From Mytilus trossulus (taxonomy: Eukaryota): 64,000 bases of DNA. Below the pieces are notes generated by a model, which was given only the letters and a program-made list of their open reading frames with translations, made no database searches and was not told where the DNA came from. Positions 38,828 through 50,905 of the stretch are shown piece by piece (the stretch's first letter is position 1; each line of letters begins with the position of its first letter). A program made the translations under genes and the position numbers. The stretch is taken from positions 32,798,001 through 32,862,000 of the forward strand of contig NC_086382.1 in the NCBI RefSeq assembly GCF_036588685.1, read 5' to 3'.

Positions 38828-39100
38828 GGTGGTACCTAACACTACAGGGAGATAACTCTGTAATATCAGCTGTACGTTTTAATTACGTTGTGTTGTTGAG
38901 GGAATATTAAGCTTCACAATGATCATAATTGGTGTTTGTCAAATTGCTATATAACCAGTGTAATTTTTCTGACAAAACGGTTGGTTCAAATTCTTTTATA
39001 TTTTTACATTTTTGTTTAAATGTCAAAGTAAATAGTTTGACAAAATTTTATGAAAATTAAACGAGCCAAATTAATTTTAGTGAAAGTGTTGGGTACCACC
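38828..39100. mobile_element. 273-bp MITE with TTAA target duplication (Kolobok-like GG...CC termini)
   Basis: TTAA|GGTGGTACCTAACACT ... AGTGTTGGGTACCACC|TTAA. Confidence 0.85.
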
Positions 39101-39378
39101 TTAACATCGAAGTAAAAATTAAACAGAAAAGTTGGTTGGGACTCACAAAAGGAAAGTAAAAAACAGAAATGCAATCACGTGACAAACATTGCTTTGGTTC
39201 CTTTGACATTGATTCAGAAAATTCTTTATGGCTAACGCATCGCTTAATATGCGAAATTTTCGATGTAAGAGAAAAAGGTTAAGATATCAATGTTTGTTAT
39301 TGATAAGAAATCATGTGACTTATGGTGAATGGCTGTGTATTTTATCGTCCGAGGAAAATATGAAATTTTGTAAGTAAA

Positions 39379-40539
39379 ATGCCTAGAAGAGGCGTTAAAA
39401 GGACAAACACAAGTAACAAAAGTGACAATAGTGCTTCCAATGATCTCGAAGTAAAGAAACCTTCAAAGAAAAAGACAAAAAAGACAACAAAGAAGAACAA
39501 AAATATTGATAAAGGTGAAACCTCAGGTGACATTACAAATGTAAACAAACCCGAAAACACTACTCATCAAGATAATGTATGTTTAAACGACAATGTGGTA
39601 AACAATATGAATCAACAATCATTCTCACAAGATAACTTTTATTGCCCTAGTCCCAGCAACATGTTTCCGATGCCAAATCAGCAGATTTGTTCGACTCCAA
39701 ACCCTGGAATGATGGCACCTTATATGTCTACATCTATGCCTATGAATATGCCTATGCAACAGTTATCTCCATTTTCACAGCCTAACTATCAACAAAGGCC
39801 ACCTTGGGTGGATGAGATATTCCAAAGAATGGACAAACTCGAAAATAAATTGAATAAAATTGAACAAATTGACTCTGTTGTTAATAAATTGAATACAAAA
39901 GTTAATAAACTAGAACAGTGTACTGGGAGGTTTGATGGTAAACTCGATCAAGTTGAAAAAAGCACACAGTTGATGAGTGACGAATTCGATTCCCAGAAAA
40001 AATCTCTTTCTGAATTTAAACGCGAAGTTGATAAACTGACAAAACAACTAAATTCGAACAAAGTTAGTATGGATTCGATCGAAAAAAAAATCAGCGGTAC
40101 TGTCGATGAACAATTAAAAGAGAAACTCGTTGATGTGCATTTGAATTCGATGAGAAACAATCTGATATTTTATAACATTCATGAAGTTGATGGCGAAAAT
40201 TGCTCAGATGTTGCTTTACGATTTTGCGCAGAATTTTTGAAAATCGCTGAACCCGAAACGAACTTAAGATTAATCGAAGCATATCGTATAGGGAAAAAGA
40301 GTGAAAAAGTAAGACCAATTCTCGTTAAATTTCAGACAACGTATATGCGTGATCTAGTAAAAAAGAATGCCAAACAACTGAAAGACACAAATTTTGGAAT
40401 TTCTGAACAACTTCCTGTTGAAATACAAAACCGTCGTCGAGAAAAACTTCCACTACTAAAAGAGCTAAGACAGAAAAACATCAAAGCGTATTTTGTTAGA
40501 GATCAGATCTATGTCGGGGGCAAAGAGTATACACTATAG
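39379..40539 (+). CDS. LINE ORF1 (basic N-terminus, Pro/Met/Gln-rich segment, coiled coil, L1-type RRM/CTD)
   Basis: SMRNNLIFYNIHE...AYRIGK...RPILVKF...FGISEQLPVEIQNRR...AYFVRDQIYVGG. Confidence 0.9.
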   Translation: MPRRGVKRTNTSNKSDNSASNDLEVKKPSKKKTKKTTKKNKNIDKGETSGDITNVNKPENTTHQDNVCLNDNVVNNMNQQSFSQDNFYCPSPSNMFPMPNQQICSTPNPGMMAPYMSTSMPMNMPMQQLSPFSQPNYQQRPPWVDEIFQRMDKLENKLNKIEQIDSVVNKLNTKVNKLEQCTGRFDGKLDQVEKSTQLMSDEFDSQKKSLSEFKREVDKLTKQLNSNKVSMDSIEKKISGTVDEQLKEKLVDVHLNSMRNNLIFYNIHEVDGENCSDVALRFCAEFLKIAEPETNLRLIEAYRIGKKSEKVRPILVKFQTTYMRDLVKKNAKQLKDTNFGISEQLPVEIQNRRREKLPLLKELRQKNIKAYFVRDQIYVGGKEYTL

Positions 40540-43500
40540 GAACAAAGCAGGGAAAAGTTTAAGAACTTAAAATGTCTTTCATGGAACATTCATGGACTGA
40601 ATTCGGTATTTGAAGATAACACTTTTTTGAACCTAGTGAACAAATATGACATTTTGTTTTTATGTGAAACTTGGTTGAAAGATGACAATTCTATAGAAAT
40701 CGATGGCTTCGTTAAATTATTGAGTCTAAATAGAGATAATAACATTGGTACAAGGAATGAGGGAGGTTTAGCTATTTTTTGTAGAAGTTATTTAATAGAT
40801 GGTATTTCAATAGAAAAAGAACTGAGTTGTGGAATTGTTGTTATAAAATTTAAACATGATTTTTTCAATATGCTGTATGATATTATTGTATGTTTCTCTT
40901 ATATACCTCATGAGAGGTCAAATTTTTATGTAATTAATGATATTGATTTTCATGAGATTATTGAAAATGTTATTTTAGAGTACAATCACAATAGTTCAGT
41001 TTTTGTTTGTGGTGATTTAAATAGCCGCATAGGCATTATTGATGACATTTTAGAAAATGATAATTTAGATAGATATGTTTCTAGTTTCGAACACATTGAA
41101 AACCCCATAATTCCGAAACGCCATTCGCTAGATAGTACAACCAATGCGTACGGTCGAAAGCTACTACAATTGTGCTTCAATACAGGTTTAACGGCGGCGA
41201 ACGGAAGATTAGGAAAAGACCAGGACGGGAAATTTACATTTTGCACATCGAAAGGTAGAAGTGTAAATGACTATCTTCTCTTATCACCAGACGATTACAA
41301 ACTATTGTCGGATTTTAATGTTTTAGAATTCAACGAACATTCCGACCATGCACCGTTATTTTTTGAACTCGTTTTAGAAGATGCAAGCCCAAAAAACGTA
41401 TACCCTAAGACTCATAATATTTTGAAATGGGACGATAGTAAAACAAACGATTTTGTTGAAAGTATGCATCAACAAACAGAAAATTTAACATCATTAGTGA
41501 GTAATATTTCGAACGCGGATAATATGAATAGTGCAGTTAGGGATCTATCAAACATTTTGTATAACAATGCTTTTAAAGTCTTTGGTCGTTCGATTCTTAT
41601 ACGAGATAAAGCAACTACAGATAGACCGGATAATGTATGGTTTGATGTAAAGTGTACAACTGCCCGTGATCAGTTCCATCGTGCTCGCAATTTCTTCTTT
41701 AGACACCCCACAGAAACAAATAGACAATTGTATGTAACTGAAAGGAACAATTTTAATAAGGTTAAACGAAAGGCAAAGTTCAATTACAAGCGGCGAAAAG
41801 GCGAAATTTTGTGTAATATGGCGAAAACAGACCCTAGGAAATTCTGGACCGAGGTTCGTAAAAATAAAAGAAACTCTGGTTGCAAAATAGACAATGCATT
41901 AATGTTAAAACACTTTGAATCTATCCTTGGAGATAACCCACCGGATTTATGTGACGAAGTTTTAAACCTTATGAACAACTCTGTTTTTGAAATTTTGAAT
42001 ATAAATGATCTAGACACTGAAATATCTGAGGATGAAATTAAAGCTGCGATACATAAAATGAAGTCAAGAAAGAGTGCGGGAAATGATGGCATAATTAGCG
42101 AAATGGTATCTTGTTGTCCAATCTTATTTGCACCAATTTTGAAAATTTTGTTTAACTTTATTTTTTCATCTGGAATATATCCTGATCACTGGACAGAATG
42201 TTTAGTCATAGCGGTTCCTAAAACTGGTGATTTATCAGATCCAAACAACTATAGACCAATAGTTTTAGTTAGTGTTTTATCCAAACTATTCACTACTATT
42301 TTAACCAATCGTTTATTGTCGTGGTCAGAGGAAGAAGAAAAACTAATCAACAATCAATTTGGCTTCAGACCCGGACGATCTACTATAGATGCAATATTTG
42401 TATTACATGGAATTATAACTAATACTCTTCAACAAAAGCAAAAACTGTACTGTTCATTCGTAGATTTCCGTAAAGCGTTTGACAAGCTGGACCGAAGAAT
42501 ACTAATGTATAAACTCATTAAAAGTGGAATAAGCTCCAAATTTGTTACTATTGTAAAATCTGTCTATTCTTCTGTTAAAATGCGTGTTAGATCTGGTGGT
42601 ATTTTATCGGATTCGTTCGATAATTTAATGGGAGTAAAACAAGGGGAGCCCTTGTCGCCTCTTTTGTTTTTATTCTTCATCAATGACTTGATTGAGGACA
42701 TTCATATTGATATGCGGGATGATGCCGTTACTGTGAATAATATTCTTATATATCTTATTCTTTTTGCGGATGACACTGTGTTGTTTGGAAAATCACCAGA
42801 ATTATTGCAAGAACTTTTAGATAAATTATTGAAATACTGTCATAAGTGGAACATTGAAGTTAATACTGAAAAAACAAAAGTTATAGTATTTAGAAATGGA
42901 TGGCAACCAGTAAGTGCCAGATTCTTCTACGACAATAAAGAGCTAGAAATTGTAAATTCCTGTATATATCTTGGCATGATGTTTTATTTTAATGGAAAAT
43001 TCTTACAGACTCAGAAACGTGTGTCTCAACAGGGATCACGAGCTCTATCGTCATTGTTAAACTCAGTGAAAGATTTGTTCTTGTCAAAGAAGAAACAACT
43101 TGATCTATTTGACAGTATGGTGGCCTCTGTTCTTAATTACGCTTCGGAAATATGGGGTTTCAATCGAGGTAAAGATGTTGAGATTATTCACAATCGTTTC
43201 TGTCGATATATTTTAAAAGTTGGCAAATCTGTCCCAAATTGTTTTTTATATGGAGAATTGGGCCATTTTCCTATGTACATTATGAGAAAATTTAGAATTT
43301 TGAAATATTGGTTGAATATCTTATGTAGCAAAACACCTATTGTTTATGATGTTTATAAATTGTTACTTGATGATGCCAATAATGGCAAAAAAAACTGGGC
43401 TTCTAATGTACGTGACTTACTATTTGATAGTGGTCTCAATTATATATGGTATCAACAATCTGAACTACATACTACTGAATTTTTTTATGTAATTAAAAAT

Positions 43501-43938
43501 AGAATTATAGATCAGTATATACAAAGCTGGTTATCATATGTAGAAAAGAGCGAAAAACTTAGTATTTATAAGGATATAAAGTTAGAATTTAGGTTTGAGG
43601 ATTATTTAGATTTTTGTTATAATTCACACTTTTTAACTAAATTGCGAAGTGGTACATTTAAACTGAATATTGAAACAGGAAGATATACTGGCATGGCTAG
43701 AGAATTACGTTTATGTAAATGTTGTAATATGCAGTGTGTTGAAAACGAATACCACTTTTTACTAGTATGCCCTGCCTATAGATCAATTAGGCCTCTATAT
43801 TTGCCAAAATTCTATTGTTCTTGGCCAAACCTTACTAAATTACAGTATCTATTTAAATCAAAGTCTATTTTACATATTAAAAAATTGTGTAACTACATAA
43901 AATCTGCGTGGTCAATCAGATCACATATTGTTACTTAA
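40540..43938 (+). CDS. LINE ORF2: APE endonuclease, RT and zinc knuckle; open from the ORF1 stop, no AUG before the endonuclease
   Basis: SWNIHGL (40579-40599), LCETW, CGDLNS, SDHAPL; NYRPI, FVDFRKAFD, QGEPLSP, LFADD; CKCC...ENEYHFLLVC. Confidence 0.93.
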   Translation, partial: EQSREKFKNLKCLSWNIHGLNSVFEDNTFLNLVNKYDILFLCETWLKDDNSIEIDGFVKLLSLNRDNNIGTRNEGGLAIFCRSYLIDGISIEKELSCGIVVIKFKHDFFNMLYDIIVCFSYIPHERSNFYVINDIDFHEIIENVILEYNHNSSVFVCGDLNSRIGIIDDILENDNLDRYVSSFEHIENPIIPKRHSLDSTTNAYGRKLLQLCFNTGLTAANGRLGKDQDGKFTFCTSKGRSVNDYLLLSPDDYKLLSDFNVLEFNEHSDHAPLFFELVLEDASPKNVYPKTHNILKWDDSKTNDFVESMHQQTENLTSLVSNISNADNMNSAVRDLSNILYNNAFKVFGRSILIRDKATTDRPDNVWFDVKCTTARDQFHRARNFFFRHPTETNRQLYVTERNNFNKVKRKAKFNYKRRKGEILCNMAKTDPRKFWTEVRKNKRNSGCKIDNALMLKHFESILGDNPPDLCDEVLNLMNNSVFEILNINDLDTEISEDEIKAAIHKMKSRKSAGNDGIISEMVSCCPILFAPILKILFNFIFSSGIYPDHWTECLVIAVPKTGDLSDPNNYRPIVLVSVLSKLFTTILTNRLLSWSEEEEKLINNQFGFRPGRSTIDAIFVLHGIITNTLQQKQKLYCSFVDFRKAFDKLDRRILMYKLIKSGISSKFVTIVKSVYSSVKMRVRSGGILSDSFDNLMGVKQGEPLSPLLFLFFINDLIEDIHIDMRDDAVTVNNILIYLILFADDTVLFGKSPELLQELLDKLLKYCHKWNIEVNTEKTKVIVFRNGWQPVSARFFYDNKELEIVNSCIYLGMMFYFNGKFLQTQKRVSQQGSRALSSLLNSVKDLFLSKKKQLDLFDSMVASVLNYASEIWGFNRGKDVEIIHNRFCRYILKVGKSVPNCFLYGELGHFPMYIMRKFRILKYWLNILCSKTPIVYDVYKLLLDDANNGKKNWASNVRDLLFDSGLNYIWYQQSELHTTEFFYVIKNRIIDQYIQSWLSYVEKSEKLSIYKDIKLEFRFEDYLDFCYNSHFLTKLRSGTFKLNIETGRYTGMARELRLCKCCNMQCVENEYHFLLVCPAYRSIRPLYLPKFYCSWPNLTKLQYLFKSKSILHIKKLCNYIKSAWSIRSHIVT

Positions 43939-44157
43939 TGTTATTTGCTTTCTTGTAATGATTTATATGTATTGTTCTCTGCTGTTTATCATTTGTCATG
44001 TTGTAAATATGTTTTTCGTTGCTATAGCATATATATGCTTTTTGCAATAAAGTATTCATTCATTCATTCATTCATTTGATAAGCTGATGATTAAGACAGG
44101 TATATCATTGTTCTTTTAACTGATTGTTCAAACTATCAAGTGATCTTTATCAACTAA

Positions 44158-44410
44158 GAGGAAACCAATTCGGAAATCAAATCACATTAAATCAGTGTAT
44201 TTAATTTTTGTAGGTCTTCTTTTTTTTATACAGACTTAATTTTGCTATATATGAGAGGTTCTAGATGACAGAGTCACTGCATATTGAATAGGAGACCAAT
44301 TCGGAAATTAAATCAAATTAAAACGGTGTTAATGCTTTTTTATGGGTCTTTTTTTTTTACAGACTTAAGTTTGCATTGTATAAGAGGTTCGAAATGACAA
44401 AGTCGCCGCT
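44158..44410 (+). repeat. Diverged ~130-bp tandem duplication
   Basis: ACCAATTCGGAAAT.AAATCA...ACAGACTTAA...GAGGTTC...ATGACA occurs twice. Confidence 0.7.
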
Positions 44411-47097
44411 GCATAAAACAGACACAAAAAAATCATAAAATCAAGAGGATTATACAACTTTCTCAAGAAGGAAAAAAATCAATTACAGTTATTATGATAC
44501 AAAAACACCAACAGTTAAAATTATACAACCTTTGAAAAAAGATTTATTGCAGTTAATAAAAATACTTTCAAATTTTAAAATATGTAAGACATCTTTTAAA
44601 TAGTTAAACTAAGAAATGAATTTTCACTTTTAAATAGTAAAGACTAACTACATAAATAAACGATATTCGTTGATTTCGTAGATACAATTGAACCACGAAC
44701 TCATATGTTCAACAAATTACAAATTTCATATAGGATTTGTATTCAGAAATTGGCAAAACCACGATATAAAATATCAACAAAACTCAAGTTGTTTTCCATC
44801 CACGAAAATAATTACCAACGAAAATAAATGAATCCCGTGACAGTATACAAAATGTGTTTTGTCGTCAAAGGGACTCAGTGTCCCTGTACCTCTTGCGACC
44901 CCCTTTTACACCATTATTTTTACACGTATCCACGGGAGGTTAAAATGCATATTATACTGTTTGCTTTTATCGCACTTACATTTTTCCATTGCTAAGCAAA
45001 TTGATTCATTTTTTCAACATAGATTTTGTATTATCATTAATATTATAGAATAACTTGAATATGTACATTTAACTTAATTCATTTGTCAATCTGCATGCAT
45101 ATGAAAACTTGTCATATCAATAGAAATAATTTAACTACTAGGCAAGAAGTTCATAACACAAACATACATGTAATACCAGCGTTTGTCTTGTATAAAAGAT
45201 CCATTATATATGAAGATTTTAACTGTCAACCGAATTGTACTTCAAAGAAATGAAAACATGTCAATATTGTTAAATAAAAAGTTTATTTTATGTTTCGTTT
45301 TTTTGGATAAAAGATTTAGAACGCAGCCAAATAATGCACGACAATTGTGTTTTATAAAGAATTGTTTTATGCACTTTGGTCGCGGGTAGTTGTCTCTTTG
45401 ACATATTCCTCATTTCCGTTCTCAATTCAAAATTGAATTAAAGCATTCAACAACTTTTATCATTTTGTTCATATACATTGTAAGTATACATGTTTTCCCC
45501 TATCGTGAATGACAGCTGGAATATTTTTAATTAAATCAATTTTTATTTTTATTACTTAACAATGAAAAGGAACAACAACAGTCTTCAAGAAACCACTTAA
45601 AATTCATTTAAATGTTAGTTCTATATTAACAACACCATAGACAAAGGCAATAGTAAAATAAAACATTGGGTTTATAAATCATATTGTGTCCTCACGGTTC
45701 AAAGGTATGTAATTTCAAAAATCCATAAAATTTATCAAAGAAAACAAAGACAATACAACAAAAGGGCAATATAAATTTCATTACGACAATAATATACCAT
45801 GAATTCTCTAATTTTCTCTTTGTATCTGTTATGTTTAAAATTTGCCATGGACACACCAAACAATCATAAAGTAACACGGTTTCGTATATTTGTACATGCA
45901 ATCTATGAACAATTTAAATAAATCTGCATATCTATTTCATGAATTGAATTTATATTGTTTTATAGACCATGCGAAACAATGATTTATATTTGCATGGGAA
46001 AAATTCTTTCACTAGCTCAAATATATTTATTAGTACAATAAAACTGATGATTTAAATCAATTATTTGTACATAACATTAATAACGTTATTTAAATTGTTT
46101 ACAAAAAACTAAATCGATTTTAAATTAAAATTGATCATAGTTTCAGTCATCGATTTTAAGTACTAACAATTAACTTTCATTAATTGGTCTACTCGTCTAG
46201 CTGTATGATGTATCTGCCATCTACTCTAGACATAAAACGAATGAATTTTAAATCTGAAATGTTGCGTTCGAATTAAAATGTTGTAAAATTGCTTTGTAAA
46301 AGTCAACTAGCCAACTATCAAATGAAACTGACAAATAATCGAAGACGTTCAGAATACGATATCCAACAAAATTAGGTGTATAGTCACTATATTCTATTAG
46401 TCAGGCCCGAAATCGTCCGGGGTATAGAACAGTTGCCGGGGAGGATCCAGCCATTTTAAAAGAGGATTCCAATCATATGTCCCCATTCAATAGCATTGAT
46501 CGTAAAAGGGGTGTATCACCTAGATCCCGTCTTGGATCTGCTACTGCTACTGAGTTGAAAATGAACTATACAGAGACTATAAAAGATATGCACAGGATAC
46601 ATCTGGGCACCTTTTAGAGTAACTATTATCAATATGCAAAAGATATGCCATCAAAACCAAATTTCCAAAATAACAAAAAATTAAAGACACAAAAAAACAA
46701 CCTTTTAGAGATTCTCAATTTTGAAATTATGCAATAAATCCTTAAAATAAGACCTCGATGACGCAAAATTTGGCTTTTAGAAATCATTATATGTCCTTGG
46801 GGATGGGGTGGGGTATGATATTTACTGTATTCCGAATTTTCGGCTTGCTGTTTGAAAGATTGAATAAAATCCAAAAAAAAAAGAAAAACGTACCTCAAAT
46901 GAATTCCATTTTCACCATCTTGAATAAGAATTTAAAAGTTAAAACATGAAACTTTGTACATTTGATAAGAATTTCGTTACAGTAAATCTAAACAAACCGT
47001 TTCCATATAAAAAAAACTGAAAATACTGCAAACTATAAAATCCCATAGAATCCTTTAATACTAATAATAACAAATTAACAAATGTTCCGAAATGAAA

Positions 47098-47652
47098 TCA
47101 TTCTAAATAAATCCCATAACATGCAGCTACGGCAAACACAGTTTTATTTTTAAAAGTTACACACGCAAAATTATCGTTCTTTTCGTCCCATATACAACGG
47201 CTACCAATTTGTACTGCTTGTTCAGAATTCTCTCCAACTACAACTTGTACTACGTATCTGTACCGTTTCCATGGAAACTCCTTAGCTCGTTCTTTTATTA
47301 AGGATGACAAGTTTGCGGCAACTGTCGGGCATATTTTCCCGTTATAGTCCGTCTCAGATAACTGTTTGTCTAATATGTCCTTCATTACCCTTTCCATCTG
47401 TTTGCTTGAAAACTTATAATCCTCACATGGATTCAGTTGAAATGTATTTTCAAGTCTGACATGTTCATGAAAATATTTCCCTCTATCATGATCAGAGCTT
47501 TCGGATTTACTATCGTTTCCTTTATGATCCCTTAAAGTATGCCCGTGGGCTTTTGTAAGCCTGCCCGGCACAGTCAGGTTCTGTCCATGCCCTGGTACAT
47601 GTCCCCCGCCATGTCCGTGTGTTCTCCGTATCCTCCTAGAATCCATCGCCAT
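47098..47652 (-). CDS. Tctex1-domain protein, paralogue 3 (His/Gly-rich N-terminus)
   Basis: VRLENTFQLNP ... FPWKRYRYVVQVVVGE ... IGSRCIWDEKNDNFA ... ACYGIYLE. First ATG at 47652. Confidence 0.9.
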   Translation of the reverse strand: MAMDSRRIRRTHGHGGGHVPGHGQNLTVPGRLTKAHGHTLRDHKGNDSKSESSDHDRGKYFHEHVRLENTFQLNPCEDYKFSSKQMERVMKDILDKQLSETDYNGKICPTVAANLSSLIKERAKEFPWKRYRYVVQVVVGENSEQAVQIGSRCIWDEKNDNFACVTFKNKTVFAVAACYGIYLE

Positions 47653-49903
47653 GCTTTTCCGCAATAAACAAATACCTAGTCAATATTCACTTAATAACGG
47701 AAACCAGAATGAACTTCACAATTAGATAATTTTATCTAAAAGCGTGTCAAACATTGATTAAATCCATCCATTCACCGTACCTTCGTTATAAATATCTGTG
47801 GATTACAGCGAATTCTACCCGATAAATATCCTATGGAAAATCTGGCGTACAATCATCGATTCTGATCCTCAATTCGTGATCACAGCCGTCTATTTTGACG
47901 ATACAAATGGGTTTTATGAAGTATTTATGAATGACAGCCTTAATTATATTGACTTAGTTGAAATGTATACATTATCTTATTTTACAGATTGTTTCTTACT
48001 GTTAAATCTCATTTTCTACTCAGGTAAAGAGATAATTATAAAAATATAGATTTTTTTTGTGTGTGTACAATGACAATTGTTATTTTCTGAATTGGTTAGT
48101 AATTAATAAACACGACTAAAACCATTTTCTGCATTTTTTTCATAGCAATACGTCATTTAACTTCATTTATATTGAAGTGTATAAGCATGTGGGTTTTGTT
48201 GATTGGATGGTACAGTAATGCACAATTTCCGTTTGTATTGTGTAATGGTTCGCTTGAAGCTGCATGCCTGAAACAAATACTTTAAACTTATTGCAGACTA
48301 TGGTATCTTATCATTGCACAAGAAGATGACAGCAATTTTCTATGCACTGATGCATTAATTTGGACCTACTTCCAGGTTTGTACAGACATGAGCAACACGG
48401 CCACATACAGAGCAGGATTTGCTGACCCTTCCGAAATACCTAGCTATGATAACCTCCAGTTTTGGTGGGATTCGTGTTGCTCAGTATTTAGTTTTTTTTG
48501 TTGTGTTTTATGTACTTTTGTTTGCCTGTTTGTCTGTTGTCTTTTTTTAAACAACGGCGTGGTCAGTTTGTTTTTGACTTATGCTTTTGAATGTCCCTCT
48601 GGTATTTTCGTCTCGATTTAATAAATATCATACTTCTTCAATACTGCCACGTGATGTAGACAGCTCAGTTCGATGAACTCAGCATGGATTTAATAGGTGT
48701 TCAACAAGGGTGAATCTAATAACTTCAAATTTTGACAGAAGGGATCTAGGGGCTTAGATAGTTTATCCTATTTTTATCGATCATCATTTTATTAATATTT
48801 TACGTTATTAAAGTAGCTTAAGTCCAAAGAAAATGGATGTGTTGCGACAACCACTAGTACACGGCCTGTTGAAATTGCAACATCATGCTGTCATACGAAT
48901 CGACCATTGAACCAGTGATATTGTAACAAATAATCAAAGAAATGCATGTATACAGTGGTGGATCAACAATATTCCATAAGTGACTGTCTGAGAGGGGTCT
49001 CGCTCTAGTCATGCTCCAGTGAATCACTATAAAATCAACCAATTTTTCCCCAGAAAAGGGGGAGCCCGGGCCCGAGCCTCCTGTGACATAAAGATCAGTC
49101 AGGGTAGGTACGTGTATGTTTGTGGAGGGGTCTCATAACACATTCACACATAGTGTTAGTGAACAAAATACTATTTTGGAGCTTATATCAGAAAAATAAT
49201 TCTGTAATCTGGATAAAAAAATGTGTAATCCCTAATTCTTAATAAAACACATATTAATTATCCTTACATAGTTGTTTCATCGAATCCATACAGGACGCAT
49301 TTTTGCGCCTGTCCCAAGTCAGGAATCTCTGGCCTTTGTTGGTCTTGTATGATTTTTAATCTTAGTTTCTTTTATATAATTCGGAGTTCGGCTGTTGTCT
49401 GCATTTTGGTCAGGTTGTCTCTTTGACACATCCCCCATTCCATTCTCATTTTTTTTAATATGACTATTTTTGTATCTCGTGGATATTATCTAGACCAAAA
49501 TTCATTTAAAACATTAAAATCATTGAACAATTATTTCTATTTTAGGTAAATTAGATTTAATTGTTTTGTAATACTATGTCTATATTAATGAATTCTAAAT
49601 GTATTCGAATAACAATGATCATGGTCTCTATAGTGAATTTCGTCTCTATAGTGAAATTGATTTTTACCCCCTGCTTCGAACTTTTGATTTGAGATTCCTC
49701 TATTCCGTAGCTATTATTAATTAAGTTTTATTTCATGCCTCAAATATTATTGACAGGTTAAATGCAGTATTGTCCTCGGGTATAATAACAAAATACGTCT
49801 TAGGACTATAACGGATGACGTCGTTACACATTGTATAAATATACCATTGAAACGGCAGATTATTTAGATCACACACTTGTAGTTTTCCTTACTCGCCCAA
49901 TGA

Positions 49904-50237
49904 TACACAGGCAAAATTTGCCCACGTGAATTTCACGTGAAAAATTTCATGTGAGATTCACCTCAAACGTGCTTATACATGAAACTCACATGAAAATTTC
50001 CATGTGAATTTCACGTGAATTGAGATTCACATGAATGTCACGCGAAAATTTTCACATGAATTGTCATGTTAGTTTTACATGGGATTCACATGAAACTCAC
50101 GTTAACTGATTTCATGTGAGTTTCACGTAAAAGCTCGTTTGAGGTGAAATTCAATGTGAATTTCACGTGAATTGTACGTGAGATTCACATGAATTTAAAT
50201 TCACATGAACTTGATGTGAGTGAAATTTGCCTGTGTA
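49904..50237. mobile_element. MITE built from TTCAC(G/A)TGAA palindromes
   Basis: TACACAGGCAAA ... TTTGCCTGTGTA TIRs, with many internal CACGTG/CACATG units. Confidence 0.8.
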
Positions 50238-50905
50238 ACTTAAAGAATGCGTAAAAGGGAAAAACAGTTACTTAACTTATGAGTGTTCGAATACATGGGC
50301 GGATCCAGCCATTTTGTAAGGGGGTTGCAAACCCAAGATAAGGGAGAGGGAACATATGTCCCCATTCAAATCCATGGATCATAAAATAAAGAACCTTTTA
50401 TCCAAAACACAATGACAGAATTCTTAAATTATATTGGTTGCATTAAGTTGGTGTAGTGATTTGGTTAGAATGATTCATTTGTTAAAACGCAGATGATTGT
50501 CAGTAACTGTGAATATCAAAATATGACATAAGTCAGAGTATAGTAAATATATAGAGTGGGCTATTTCAGTGAAGAACTAATTGTATCTATAATATCTATA
50601 GTACATATGCGAATCGAGGGTGCTGGGGCCGCGCCCCCTCTCCCTTTCGTGGAAAAAAAAGCCCCCCCCCCCTTTTTTTATGAAAAGTTCTGGATCCGCC
50701 ACTGTAGCAAGGTCACAATATAAGACCATTACTTTATTTTAAGTAGTAAGTAGACCGGGTTAGTTCAGCGAAGGACTGACTGTATATAGGAAGTCGTGGA
50801 AAGGTCTCAATATAAGGCCATAACTTTGACCATTGGCATAATGATACGATTGCGTTATATGGCACACATCAGCAGACTGATTGCTTTAAGAAGTAAGTAG
50901 ACCAG

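Larger units (their letters stand above)
39308..44075 (+). mobile_element. Full-length LINE, second family
   Basis: ORF1 and ORF2, AATAAA at 44046, (ATTC)n tail. Candidate 8-bp TSD TTGATAAG at 39300-39307 and 44076-44083. Confidence 0.9.

Noticed and set aside
10672-42092. Antisense ORFs overlapping the Gypsy, LINE and Tctex coding regions
   Set aside because: Shadows of long sense ORFs with no independent motifs.
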